Origin: Clostridia bacterium | Lineage (GTDB): Bacteria; Bacillota; Clostridia; JAAYHZ01 | Length of the DNA stretch: 64,000 nucleotides | Direction of reading: 5' to 3' | Assembly: GCA_050950825.1 (NCBI GenBank) | Contig: JBMNIH010000002.1 | Span: 96,001 to 160,000, forward strand | Part shown: positions 17,656-28,305 of the stretch, in pieces | Layout: each line of letters opens with the position of its first letter | How positions within the stretch are numbered: the stretch's first letter is position 1 | The notes under the pieces: model-generated | The model's database searches: none | The model's input: only the letters and a program-made list of their open reading frames with translations | Told to the model about the DNA's origin: nothing | Program-made: the position numbers and the translations under genes

Positions 17656-20600
17656 TTATTGACGTAAAATGGTAACCAATATACTGTGCATATTACCGGG
17701 CAGATCCACAGGGACTCTGCCCTCTTTGTATTTCATCCCGTCTACCATGATTTCAATAGGTCCTTGGCAGACACCGTAGGGGTTTTGCACCGTTATGAAG
17801 AACTTGGAGTCCTTTACTTCCATATAGACGGAATAGGTTTTCCAATTTCTCGGTACGCAAGGCTCTACGACGATGTGTCCGTCTTCGATTCGTATTCCCA
17901 AGATATAGTTTAAACCGGCTTGGTACAGCCATCCGGCGGATCCCGTGTACCAGCTCCATCCTCCCCTGCCCGAGTATTCGGGAGAAGAATAGACATCGGC
18001 GGCTACGGCATAAGGCTCGGTTTTGTATTTCATCATACTCCAATAGTCTCCGGTATGATTGACCGGGTTGATCAAATTGAAAAGCTCATAGGCTTCGTCC
18101 CCTTTGCCCAGCTTGGTATAAGCCACGATGTTCCAAACGGCACCGTGGGTATACTGACCTCCGTTTTCGCGGATACCGGGGAAATACCCTCGGATGTATC
18201 CCGGATTCGGCTCAAAGCGTTCGAAAGGCGGTGTCAAAAGCTTGACCAGCCGTTCCTTTTTATCCACCAGATATTTGGCCACGGATTCCATGGCTTTATG
18301 TTTTCGTTCCGAATCGGTTCCGTCGGATATGACAGCCCATGATTGGGATATGGAGTCGATCATGCATTCCGAATTGTTTTTCGAACCGATAACCGAGCCG
18401 TCATCGCAATATGCTCGAACGAACCAATTTCCGTCCCAGCATTCCCGGTTTATCGCATCTTTGTATTCTTCGATTCGCTTCAATAGCTCCTCGGCATAAT
18501 CACAGTCGCCCGTCCTTATTGCAATGGGAATAAACTCCCTCATTACGGTAATTAAGAACCAAGTTAGCCACACGCTTTCTCCCTTACCCCGGATGCCTAC
18601 TCGATTCATACCGTCGTTCCAGTCGCCGCCCCCCATCAAAGCTATTCCTCGTTCTCCTTTTGTATAGCCTTTTTCAATGGCTCTTTTGCAGTGCATATAT
18701 ACGTCCTCGCATACACTGCTTACTTCCGGTATCTTGTAGGATTCATGTTCTTTTTCTCCTAAAAGATCCGATTGAATGTAATAAACCTTTTCTTTGAGGA
18801 TGGAGGTGTCCCCGGTGACCTTGATGTAATAGGAAAGAACGTAAGGAAGCCATAAGAGGTCATCGGATATTTTGGTTCGTACTCCTCTTCCGTCTTCGTC
18901 GTGCCACCAATGCAAAACGTCCCCTTCCGTAAACTGATGCATGCAACAGCGGATGATTTGCTCCCTTGTGATGGACGGATCAAAATAAAGTAAAGAAAGA
19001 GTATCCTGCAGCTGGTCTCGGAATCCGTATGCGCCGCCGCTTTGGTAATAGGCGGACCTTGCGTACATTCGGCACACCAGGTTTTGGTACATTAAATGGC
19101 CGTTCATGATGGTATTGAAGGAGTCGTCCGGTGTATTGACGCGAACCCGATTCAAAAATTCCATGTTGTGCCGCTTTACTTCATCGAAGCAGGCCGCCAC
19201 ATTTGCAATATCGGAATAACGGCTGCACATCTCGATGATCTTTGCATAGTCGTCGCTTTGTCCGAACATAAAAGCGATATGTTTATCCGAATTCGCCTGC
19301 AGGGTGCAGTTTACCGATATGACACCGCAGGGGATGTAGCCTGCACCTACATTGCAGGACAGGTTGACCCCGTAAGCGCTTATAGGAGATCGTAAGGACC
19401 CGCTCTTCCCTATAAATTCGGTCTTATCTCCGGTCCATGAGTCCACGGTCTCGCTGCAGCCGATAAAAGCAATATGGTTCTTAAAATCTTCCGTATATGA
19501 ATTTTTTGCATAAAAGATGTTGTTCTTTATATCCATCTCCGTGAGGATATAGGGAGCGCTGACCTCCCTGTCCACACCCAGTACCAAATCCACGTAAAAG
19601 TACAGAACCACGGATCGGGTCGCGTCGGTATTGTTCCTGATATTCAACCAATAAATCTTCACGGGATCGTTCTTATCGGCAAACAGGTTCATGGTCATGG
19701 ACAAACCCGCCGTATTGTGCAAAAACGTCGTATAGCCGTATCCGTGGCGGATGCGGTATTCCTCGTCATCTCTTACGGGAAGGGCCGTAGGTGAGCACAA
19801 ACGTCCGCTTGACATGTCGTATACATACACGATTTCCGACGGCATGTCCGTCACGGGATCGTTTCTCCATGCGGACAGCTTGTTTTCTCTTGAGTTTTTA
19901 AACCATGTATATCCCCCTCCGGATTCCGTTACCGTGAATCCGAATATTTTGTTAGCGATGACATTGATCCAAGGCAAGGGCGTGGTCTCTCGATTTCTCA
20001 GATGGATCACATATTCGTTTCCGTCGTAAGAGAAGCCCCCGATTCCGTTGTAATATTTCAGGTTTTCCATAGGCAGCTCTTCATTGACGAATTCGGTTTT
20101 CTGCGTACGTATCACTTCTTTTTTGACAATGCTGTCTTCGTACAGGATTCGGCGGGTTTTCTTTAAATTGAATCCCGATTTTGAATCAATCACGATTCTT
20201 GCAACGGATGTGACCAATGTAACAAAATCTTTCTCCACCTCGGAGGTACTTAAAATATGAATCCCTTTATTAACGGAGCCGGGATAAAACACCTTCACGT
20301 CGGCCAAAATGTCTCGTATCCGATTGGACAAGTTGCTGTGGTATCCGGAGGACTCGTCGGTTAAAATGACCAAATCGGAGTCGATACCGTTCTTGTTAAA
20401 ATACTCGTAGCAAGACACCATTTCTTTTACCGTCGGCAGATCTTTTTCATTGTATATTTTCACTAAAATGATCGGATGATCGCCGGAAATGCCGTATTTC
20501 CAAAAGCTTTTTTGACCCAAGACATTTTGCTTTAATACATCTACCGGTCCTCGCAATAAACGGGAGGGATAATACAAGCTCCCTACCAAGTTCAAGTATT

Positions 20601-23600
20601 GGTTCACCTTATGCTTATCCAGCCCCAGGTATTTCATTTCCACTTCGCTGTCCACACGAGCTACATTGAATATATCATCGCAATAGTTGCTGTTTTGGTA
20701 CAATTCCGCAATGGCCGTCGCCTCTTTCGCGGAATCGGCAACACCGATTATGAAAAAAACCACGGCCTTCTTTCCGGGAGGGATGCTTAAGTGCACCCTT
20801 TCCGCCATTACCGTATCCAATCGGTTTCCCGCGTTGTTTGACAAAGGCAGATCGGATTTCATGGCATTCGGCGAACGAAGGCTTCCGTGTCTTCCTAAGA
20901 ATTGGTAGCGATCCGTTTCATACTCCACGGAATGGGATTGTCTCCCGTCCGTTATACAAGTTAAAAAAGCATATCTTTCTTTTTCATCTCCTTGGCGAGG
21001 ACGTCTTCGTACCAACAAAACGTTCTTGTCCCTTACATATTCCGTGCTCAAGAACATCTTCGAAAAAGCGGGATGGGCATTGTCGTTGGCCATCAAATCC
21101 AACACCGGCTCAAAGTACAAGGTGGCATCCATATCCGCTTTTTCTTTACGGCGGTTGATAATGGAGACTTTACGTATTTCCACATTATGCTTCGGCGATA
21201 CGGTGATCTCGGTCTTCGTTTCGATATTAAAATCCTCTCTTAAGAATTCCGCCCGGTCCGGATGGAATTCCACACTGTACCGGTCCGGAGTTAAGCATAC
21301 CGGCATATAGGAGGTGCTCCACATCTTGTTTTCGTTGTGCAGCCGAATATAGATAAAAATTCCTTGAGGTTGCCCGATGGAGTCGGATTTCCATCGATTA
21401 ATCATTTTATCCCCGTATTTGCTGAAGCCTTCACCCGTGGAAGTCAGCATCACCGTATACCCGTTGTTGGAAATGACATGGCATACCGGATATTTGGGAT
21501 TGCATATTCCGATCCTTCGGTAATCGGCCTTCACCGGCTTAGCCGCTTCTTCCTTGTATGGTTTTTGAACAATGACGGGATCGTCCTTTACGATCAATCC
21601 GCTGGGACTGCGTTCTTCCAATATCAAATCCACGCTTTTGGTTTCGTCGTTACGGTTGAAGCGCTTGACGGTAATAAAGTCATTTAAAAGATTGTTAAAG
21701 GCCGCCAAAGTCATGCCTTGGTGGTGGATCATATAGCTTTTGATCAATTTGCATTCCGGTTTCATGTTTTTGGCCGGCTCCATAAAATCCATGGCTTCAT
21801 AAAACCCGAGCATATCTTCTCCGCCGTATTCTCGAAGCCTATGCATATTGTCGTAGGCACGGTAAACGGCAAAGGGCATGGCGATAAAGCAGGCATAAGG
21901 AGCGATGACCAAGGATTTTTTAATATCCGACCGCAAACCGATGCCCGGAACGCCGAAGGCTCGGTATTGGTAATTGAGCTTCTTATCAAATTTGTAATAG
22001 CCGGATTCCGATATCCCCCAAGGCACGTTTTTAGAAAGGCAGTATTCGATTTGCTTTTCGATCACCTTGCGACATGTAACATCCATCATACTTCCTTTGA
22101 TTTGCTTTAAGAAAATCGAGGGCAGCAAATATTCAAACATGGTACCGCTCCATGACAGCAGGGTTGCTTTTCTTCGTATCACCGTAAAAGGACGGCCTAA
22201 CTTGAACCAATGCTTTAAGGGTACCTGGTTCCTTGCAATGGCCAAATAGCTTGCCAATCGGGCTTCGGAAGCCAACAAATCGTAATGGGTACGGTCGTAC
22301 TCCCCTGTGGTGCTATTGTAACCGATATGGAAAAGATGCTTCTTGCTATCGTACAATTTGGAGAAGTCCATTTGATACAGCAGAGCTCTGCATTTTTCCG
22401 TCAAGGTATCGATTCTCTTTAAAAGAGCCTCCTTATCTTCCTCGTTCGCATGGGTAATGGATATTGTACCGTCCTTCAGCAATGTTTTAACGTCCCTTTG
22501 GAATCGTTCGCACATCACGTAAAAAATGGACGTCCATTCCGCGCTTTTCCCCTGTCGATTTCGGTCCTTTAAGACGCAATCCAATAAAGATACAAGATCC
22601 GCATCCTCGTCAAAAGCATTTTCTTTAAAGTCAGCCAATTTTTTTGTCATGTGAACCGCATCCAAAATGTCCTTTTGATCCCACTTTCTTTGGGGCAGCT
22701 CCTTTAAAGCTTCGATGGCCACTATCAAGCATGCGGCAAGGTTGCCGCTGTCCGCCGTCGACACGTAGCCCGGCGGAAGCACCTTGTTTTTCACGGTATC
22801 GTACCAATTGAACAAGTGACCGTTCCACTTTTCCATATCCGTCATGATATCGACCAAGTTTTCCGTGATTTCAAGAAAACCGTGAACTCCGATAAAGCCC
22901 ATATCCAAAGCGCAAATCCCGGAAAGAAGCTGAAATCCTAAGTTGGTAGGCGAAGTACGGTTTGCCTGCATAAACGTAGGAATGATCTGGCAGTTGTCCG
23001 GAACCGGTCGGTTCGGATTTTTGATCATAAAATATTCAAAATATCCCCATACCTTGCGAGCGACAAAACGAATGTCCTCTCGGATATGCAGAGGCAATTC
23101 CTCTTTGTCTTCGATTTTTCTTCCGATGGCCGCCGTTATGAAGGGAGATAAAACCAAAAACACGCCTAAAACCGACTTGAACACAGGTTCGCTTTTCATA
23201 ATGACAATAGGATACAGCATCAGAAACAGTCCGATCCCTATGCTCGGTATCATTTTAACGACATATTTGGCGGTCTCACTCTCCCCTAAGCTTTCGCAAG
23301 CCTCTGCCGTTTGCCATTCGAGCAAATTCCTTTTGCTAATATACAACCGAAACAAGGTTCTTAAAACAGCGTCAACGGCAATATGGGCTTTTAGCGGCAG
23401 GAACAAAAAGTTGAAAAACAGCTTTGAAAGGGATTTTCCCAAAGTCTCATAGAAATTGGACACGAATATCCCTACCGTAGCGGTTCGTATTTTCACCCAT
23501 AAAAATACAAGAATGTCTTTCGTCAAAAGGATCAAATCGCCGGCAAATATCACGAAAAGCATTTTTAATACCGGCACCTCGGTAAAAATGCAAAAAAGCA

Positions 23601-26073
23601 GTATCCAGATTTGGGACACCGGATACAAGGACCGGATCAAGTTGTCGGCGATTTTAAACCGAGACAAGCAGGACATTCCCTTCTTTTTAGAAAGCCAAGG
23701 GAGCAGCTGCCAGTCTCCTCGAATCCAGCGGTGTTCCCGTTTAAAAAAGGCGATAGGAGTTGTGGGAAAACCGTCCATTAACATGATGTCGCCGGCATAA
23801 GCGGCTCGTAAATAGCAGCTTTCCAAAAGGTCGTGGCTTAAGATGGCGTTTTCCGGCAGCTTTTTGCCCAAAACGGTGTGGAATGCATCCACGTCGTAAA
23901 TCCCTTTGCCGGTAAATATCCCTTCTTCAAAATAGTCTTGGTACAAATCATAGGTTTGGGAGGAATAGCAGTCAATCCCCGTAAGCCCGGCAAACAACTT
24001 GGAAAACCGTGTTGCCAGCGCATTTTCCATCCTCACTCCTACCTTAGGCTGAATAATCCCGTAGCCGTCAATGACTCTCGACCGGCTCTCGTCCACCACC
24101 GCTTTGTTAAGGGGATGGGCAATGATACCGCATAACTCATGGGCGGTGCCTTTGTTCAATTCCGTATCCGCATCAACGGTAATTACGTACTTTATGCTTT
24201 GTAACAGCTCCTCGTCGTATTCATGAGGAAAGAAGGTCGTGTCCTTGCTTCCCCTTAACAGAGCATTGAACTCTTCCAGCTTTCCTCTTTTTCTTTCGTA
24301 TCCCATCCAACAATGTTGCTTGGGATTGTACAAGCGTTTACGAAAAAAAACCATAAAACGATTCTCAATGCCGCTTTTATCTTTAAAATACGCTTTTATT
24401 TCGGGAGAATCCGACACTTCTTGTATACATTTTTTAGCATACTCCATCAACTCCCGGTCGTATGGAGCGGTTTCTTCTTTATAATCTTTAAAATCCGCCA
24501 AGACCGCCATATACAAGTTTTTGTCCCGATTGGCCAGCCAATATATTTTAAGTTTTTCAATATACTCCTTCATTTTTTCCTTCGAATCGGTGATAACCGG
24601 AATAACGGCAACGGTTCTGCTTTCATCCGGTATGCCGAATCGATAGTCCAATTGAGGCAGGATTCCCTGCTTTGACATTTTTCCGATGGAATCGTTCACA
24701 AGGGATTTCGAAATTTGATACCCCAAAGGAAACCCGGTGACCACAAGCAAAAGGGTCTTCCATGAAAACACGGGGTAACCGAATAAATATCTCGTAAAGA
24801 ACCCTGTTAAAATTAAACCGAACAAAACCACCGACAAAGCATAGAAGGCAAACCTGCTTTTTAAGTTGCCCTTGTAGGTATCGGAGATTATTTGGTTAAA
24901 GTTTCGATTGATCAAGTAGTAGCCGATATAGACGCTTTTATCCTCCTTACCGGGTTTCGAATCGGCTGCTTTCACCCGCTCCTTGCATCGTGCCACAATT
25001 TTGCTTGCAATGTCCCATTCCTTCAGTCCGGTTTTGCGTGCAATTTCTTCAATTTTTTTATGGTAGGCCACCTTCGTTTTAAAATTGCATCGGTTGTATA
25101 CGCCGGTAGGGTCATTGGCCAATACGGATTCTACCTTGCTCAGCTGCAAGTAAATGTCTTCCCATAAAAGCGAAGAAATATCGTTTAAGCCCATAATCAA
25201 GGAAGTGATACGGACCTGCAAGTGGGCCTGCTCGGAGGTTTCGGAGGAAATCACGTCGTTGACGTTTTCTTCTTTCAGGTAAAGGCGTTCGATAATTTCT
25301 TTGATTTGATTCGTCTCTTCCGAATCCATTTCCTGACACCGATAAAAGATATGGCTTAAGTATTTCTTTGTGTCCTCCGGACTCTTGCTCAGTTTTTTTA
25401 TTAAATAGCCTTCGATATTGCTGCTTTCCATAGCTTCTTTCAATATCCGGTCGGCTTTTTTCTTTTGACGAATGATTTTAACGGTTTTTTCCGCTAAAGC
25501 CGTGATATGCTCCAGCATACAAAGCTTTAAAATCAAAGGCATAAGCCAGATTTCGGAACCTAAAAGCGGATCTTTCTCTTGAAACCGGTTAATGGCTTGC
25601 ACCAATTGGATGTCATTCACATGAAAAGAATGACTGTTCAATATACGATTCGCCAAATGATAGATTCGAGCCACACGCCGCCCGTTGGCATAGTAAGGCA
25701 GCTTGCGGATCGTTTTGCGATGGATGCTTCTGCTGATATTGCTTTGCTCCCGATTGATGACGTAATAATTGTCTACCAGCCAATTAACGGCGGGAATCAA
25801 ATCCGCATATCCGTCCCGAGATTTGTATATGATACGCACCAACTTTTTTAATTTAGCAGTATAGTGTATACGAAGCTTAATATCCCAATAAGAGTAATCG
25901 GAACCTTTGTAATATGTCTTTTGCTCTTTTTGCAAATCCGGACGATCTTCGTTTTCTCCGGTAAAGCTTTCATACTTATGCCGATACTCGTGCTTAATTT
26001 CGTAAAGATAACGCTGAAATAACCCGTAAACAAAAAAGACGAGTATCAGGACTGCTGCTAAAATAGGTACCAT
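17656..26073 (-). CDS. ndvB: Cyclic beta-1,2-glucan synthase (Cgs/NdvB/ChvB-like): GT84 + central cyclisation domain + GH94 phosphorylase
   Basis: About 2800 aa. WMGYERKRGKLEEFN, VDADT, LSHDLLE, HRWIRGDWQL (GT84); RTSPTNLG, YDLLASEARL, SWSGTMFEYL, PWGISES (central); YQSGGAYGFRDQLQD, GDWNDGMN, ENGGQYTH (GH94). Start at 26073 with SD AAGGAG; the ORF track gives 26142. Confidence 0.9.
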   Translation of the reverse strand: MVPILAAVLILVFFVYGLFQRYLYEIKHEYRHKYESFTGENEDRPDLQKEQKTYYKGSDYSYWDIKLRIHYTAKLKKLVRIIYKSRDGYADLIPAVNWLVDNYYVINREQSNISRSIHRKTIRKLPYYANGRRVARIYHLANRILNSHSFHVNDIQLVQAINRFQEKDPLLGSEIWLMPLILKLCMLEHITALAEKTVKIIRQKKKADRILKEAMESSNIEGYLIKKLSKSPEDTKKYLSHIFYRCQEMDSEETNQIKEIIERLYLKEENVNDVISSETSEQAHLQVRITSLIMGLNDISSLLWEDIYLQLSKVESVLANDPTGVYNRCNFKTKVAYHKKIEEIARKTGLKEWDIASKIVARCKERVKAADSKPGKEDKSVYIGYYLINRNFNQIISDTYKGNLKSRFAFYALSVVLFGLILTGFFTRYLFGYPVFSWKTLLLVVTGFPLGYQISKSLVNDSIGKMSKQGILPQLDYRFGIPDESRTVAVIPVITDSKEKMKEYIEKLKIYWLANRDKNLYMAVLADFKDYKEETAPYDRELMEYAKKCIQEVSDSPEIKAYFKDKSGIENRFMVFFRKRLYNPKQHCWMGYERKRGKLEEFNALLRGSKDTTFFPHEYDEELLQSIKYVITVDADTELNKGTAHELCGIIAHPLNKAVVDESRSRVIDGYGIIQPKVGVRMENALATRFSKLFAGLTGIDCYSSQTYDLYQDYFEEGIFTGKGIYDVDAFHTVLGKKLPENAILSHDLLESCYLRAAYAGDIMLMDGFPTTPIAFFKREHRWIRGDWQLLPWLSKKKGMSCLSRFKIADNLIRSLYPVSQIWILLFCIFTEVPVLKMLFVIFAGDLILLTKDILVFLWVKIRTATVGIFVSNFYETLGKSLSKLFFNFLFLPLKAHIAVDAVLRTLFRLYISKRNLLEWQTAEACESLGESETAKYVVKMIPSIGIGLFLMLYPIVIMKSEPVFKSVLGVFLVLSPFITAAIGRKIEDKEELPLHIREDIRFVARKVWGYFEYFMIKNPNRPVPDNCQIIPTFMQANRTSPTNLGFQLLSGICALDMGFIGVHGFLEITENLVDIMTDMEKWNGHLFNWYDTVKNKVLPPGYVSTADSGNLAACLIVAIEALKELPQRKWDQKDILDAVHMTKKLADFKENAFDEDADLVSLLDCVLKDRNRQGKSAEWTSIFYVMCERFQRDVKTLLKDGTISITHANEEDKEALLKRIDTLTEKCRALLYQMDFSKLYDSKKHLFHIGYNSTTGEYDRTHYDLLASEARLASYLAIARNQVPLKHWFKLGRPFTVIRRKATLLSWSGTMFEYLLPSIFLKQIKGSMMDVTCRKVIEKQIEYCLSKNVPWGISESGYYKFDKKLNYQYRAFGVPGIGLRSDIKKSLVIAPYACFIAMPFAVYRAYDNMHRLREYGGEDMLGFYEAMDFMEPAKNMKPECKLIKSYMIHHQGMTLAAFNNLLNDFITVKRFNRNDETKSVDLILEERSPSGLIVKDDPVIVQKPYKEEAAKPVKADYRRIGICNPKYPVCHVISNNGYTVMLTSTGEGFSKYGDKMINRWKSDSIGQPQGIFIYIRLHNENKMWSTSYMPVCLTPDRYSVEFHPDRAEFLREDFNIETKTEITVSPKHNVEIRKVSIINRRKEKADMDATLYFEPVLDLMANDNAHPAFSKMFLSTEYVRDKNVLLVRRRPRQGDEKERYAFLTCITDGRQSHSVEYETDRYQFLGRHGSLRSPNAMKSDLPLSNNAGNRLDTVMAERVHLSIPPGKKAVVFFIIGVADSAKEATAIAELYQNSNYCDDIFNVARVDSEVEMKYLGLDKHKVNQYLNLVGSLYYPSRLLRGPVDVLKQNVLGQKSFWKYGISGDHPIILVKIYNEKDLPTVKEMVSCYEYFNKNGIDSDLVILTDESSGYHSNLSNRIRDILADVKVFYPGSVNKGIHILSTSEVEKDFVTLVTSVARIVIDSKSGFNLKKTRRILYEDSIVKKEVIRTQKTEFVNEELPMENLKYYNGIGGFSYDGNEYVIHLRNRETTPLPWINVIANKIFGFTVTESGGGYTWFKNSRENKLSAWRNDPVTDMPSEIVYVYDMSSGRLCSPTALPVRDDEEYRIRHGYGYTTFLHNTAGLSMTMNLFADKNDPVKIYWLNIRNNTDATRSVVLYFYVDLVLGVDREVSAPYILTEMDIKNNIFYAKNSYTEDFKNHIAFIGCSETVDSWTGDKTEFIGKSGSLRSPISAYGVNLSCNVGAGYIPCGVISVNCTLQANSDKHIAFMFGQSDDYAKIIEMCSRYSDIANVAACFDEVKRHNMEFLNRVRVNTPDDSFNTIMNGHLMYQNLVCRMYARSAYYQSGGAYGFRDQLQDTLSLLYFDPSITREQIIRCCMHQFTEGDVLHWWHDEDGRGVRTKISDDLLWLPYVLSYYIKVTGDTSILKEKVYYIQSDLLGEKEHESYKIPEVSSVCEDVYMHCKRAIEKGYTKGERGIALMGGGDWNDGMNRVGIRGKGESVWLTWFLITVMREFIPIAIRTGDCDYAEELLKRIEEYKDAINRECWDGNWFVRAYCDDGSVIGSKNNSECMIDSISQSWAVISDGTDSERKHKAMESVAKYLVDKKERLVKLLTPPFERFEPNPGYIRGYFPGIRENGGQYTHGAVWNIVAYTKLGKGDEAYELFNLINPVNHTGDYWSMMKYKTEPYAVAADVYSSPEYSGRGGWSWYTGSAGWLYQAGLNYILGIRIEDGHIVVEPCVPRNWKTYSVYMEVKDSKFFITVQNPYGVCQGPIEIMVDGMKYKEGRVPVDLPGNMHSILVTILRQ

Positions 26074-26146
26074 TTGCGACTCCTTTTCGTTCTTTGATCC
26101 ATAGAATAATAATGACCGCCTTTTTGAAAATAAAGGCAGCATACAA

Positions 26147-26176
26147 TATCATGTCCGAATCGAACGAAAAGTATAC
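26147..26176 (-). promoter_or_regulatory. sigmaF/sigmaG-type forespore promoter upstream of the glucan synthase
   Basis: GTATA-15 nt-GGACATGATA, which also reads as GTATA-18 nt-CATGATA. Confidence 0.55.
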
Positions 26177-26199
26177 GTAAAGCCGCTATTTCTATAACG

Positions 26200-27126
26200 T
26201 TACATTCCCGTAAAGTACTGAATAATCGCCGCGATAATCGGGATGGTGGCGATGGAAAAGATCGTAGAAAAAGCTACGTTTTTCGATGCGGTTAAAATGT
26301 TTTTATCGAACTTTTCCGCAAACAACACCGTATTGGCTGCAACCGGCATACCGGATAAAATCGTGCACACGGCCGTTACGGTAGAGGGAAGCTTTAGCAA
26401 TAGAGCAGCGAAAAGAATGATGCAAGGCATGACAAGAAGGCGCAAAAAAGAAACAATGTACGTATCCGTTCCCTTGAATACCTCTTTTAAAGGTGTTCCT
26501 GCAATGGTAGAGCCGATCATGATCATCGACAGCGTAATGGTGATTCCCCCTGTGGTTTCCAAGGCTTCTGCAACCTGAGAAGGAAACTTGATTTGAAATA
26601 TAAAGGTCAGCATGCCCAAGAAAATGGCGATGATGCTGGGGTTTTTCAATACGGCGATAAGGGATTTAAAGCTTTTCTTCCCTGTAAAAAGCATCAAACC
26701 GTACGTCCACAAAAGGACATTAAAGTGGATGATGAAAATGGAGGTTAAAAAGATTCCTTCTTTTCCCAAAAAACTGCCGATTACGGGAAAGCCCATAAAT
26801 GCGCAGTTGGAGAATATTAATGAGAATTGAAAAATGGCTCTTTGTTCGGGCTTGCACTTCCTTGATACGATAAAGGCAAATACGATCATGATAAAATAAA
26901 CCAAAAGTCCGAAAAGAAAGGTTTGCCATGCCATTTTGACACGATCGGATGTCAATTCGATTTGGTAAGACGATAGTATTAAAACCGGAATCGTGACATA
27001 GATCAGCAAGTCGGTAAAAACCTTATTGGACTTCTCATTGATTACCTTTGCTTTTCGGGCGATATACCCGATGATCATAATAAAAAGGAGTACCATGACC
27101 CTGTCGAATACCGTATTGATCGTCAT
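26200..27126 (-). CDS. AEC (auxin efflux carrier) family transporter
   Basis: About 10 TM helices; FSNCAFMGFP, NPSIIA, MPVAANT motifs. Confidence 0.85.
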   Translation of the reverse strand: MTINTVFDRVMVLLFIMIIGYIARKAKVINEKSNKVFTDLLIYVTIPVLILSSYQIELTSDRVKMAWQTFLFGLLVYFIMIVFAFIVSRKCKPEQRAIFQFSLIFSNCAFMGFPVIGSFLGKEGIFLTSIFIIHFNVLLWTYGLMLFTGKKSFKSLIAVLKNPSIIAIFLGMLTFIFQIKFPSQVAEALETTGGITITLSMIMIGSTIAGTPLKEVFKGTDTYIVSFLRLLVMPCIILFAALLLKLPSTVTAVCTILSGMPVAANTVLFAEKFDKNILTASKNVAFSTIFSIATIPIIAAIIQYFTGM

Positions 27127-27273
27127 TTTTTCGTTTTCCTCTCTCTTTTGTCAATATAAATATATCGAATTATATCATACAACGGCATGCAAAGAAAAAA
27201 GAATAGAGCGAATTCTCGCTTTTGATGATATAATAGGTGTTATCGTTTGACTAAAAGAAAACGGAGTACACAT

Positions 27274-28221
27274 ATGGCGAATATTATCTTTACCGTTAAT
27301 TGCGTTTTACCTGTATTTCTTGTTATTTTAATCGGATATTTTTTAAAGAGGTTCGGATTAATGAAGCAATCCTTTGCCGACAATGCATCCGATCTTGTAT
27401 TCTGGCTCTTCTTACCTGCCATGATATTCAGGCAAATATCCGCGGTGGACCCGAGCACCCTTCAAGGATTTGAGAAAACGGCTCTTGTAGGTGGATTGAG
27501 CGTAACGGTTCACTTTCTTTTGCTCACTGTCATATTCAATAAAGTCATCAAAGATCCTCTTTCAAGAGGCGCTTTCATACAAGGATCCTTTCGCTGCAAT
27601 TACGCTTTAATCGGCGTTCCTCTGGCCATCAATTTGTTCGGCTCGGAGGGTGCCGTCAAAAGCGCCGTAATGTTAGCGGTGACAATGCCTTTTTTTAATA
27701 TTTATGCGGTAATCACCTTGTCTCTTAATTCCGGCAACGGAGAAAAAATCAGCATTCCCAAAATGCTTTTAAAAATATTAAAAAATCCCTATATCATCGC
27801 CATCATTTTAGGCTTGATATTTTCCTTTTTCACCATCCCGGTTCCCGAAGTCATCGGAAAGACCTTGGACTATATGGCAAGCACGGCTACGCCGTTGGCA
27901 TTGTTGACCATCGGAGCCTTCTTAAACGTTTCGGATGTCAAGAACAACATAAAGCTTGCTCTATCGGCTTCTTTGATAAAAACGGTGGCGATTCCCTTGA
28001 TATGTCTTCCTTTGGTTCTTTTGGCCGGGTTCAGGGGTACGGATTTGGGCGTTTTGTTTATCCTCTATACCGCCCCGGCTTCCGTTACCAGCTTTATTAT
28101 GGCGAAAGGAATGAAATCCGATGCTTCTTTAGCGGCCAATATCATTGTTATATCCACGGCTCTTTCCTGCTTTACGGTATTTATCGGCGTGCTGCTTTTA
28201 AAAAACTTCGGATTCATCTAG
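27274..28221 (+). CDS. AEC family transporter
   Basis: QGSFRCNYALIGVPL, KNPYIIA, TPLALLTIG, APASVTSFIMA. ATG 27274 with SD GGAG. Confidence 0.85.
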   Translation: MANIIFTVNCVLPVFLVILIGYFLKRFGLMKQSFADNASDLVFWLFLPAMIFRQISAVDPSTLQGFEKTALVGGLSVTVHFLLLTVIFNKVIKDPLSRGAFIQGSFRCNYALIGVPLAINLFGSEGAVKSAVMLAVTMPFFNIYAVITLSLNSGNGEKISIPKMLLKILKNPYIIAIILGLIFSFFTIPVPEVIGKTLDYMASTATPLALLTIGAFLNVSDVKNNIKLALSASLIKTVAIPLICLPLVLLAGFRGTDLGVLFILYTAPASVTSFIMAKGMKSDASLAANIIVISTALSCFTVFIGVLLLKNFGFI

Positions 28222-28305
28222 AGAAGAACCGGAACGATTTGCATATTTTTGATAAAATACATAAAGTATTCAAGGAAAACGATTCCGTGAAGAAGGTTTT
28301 CATAC

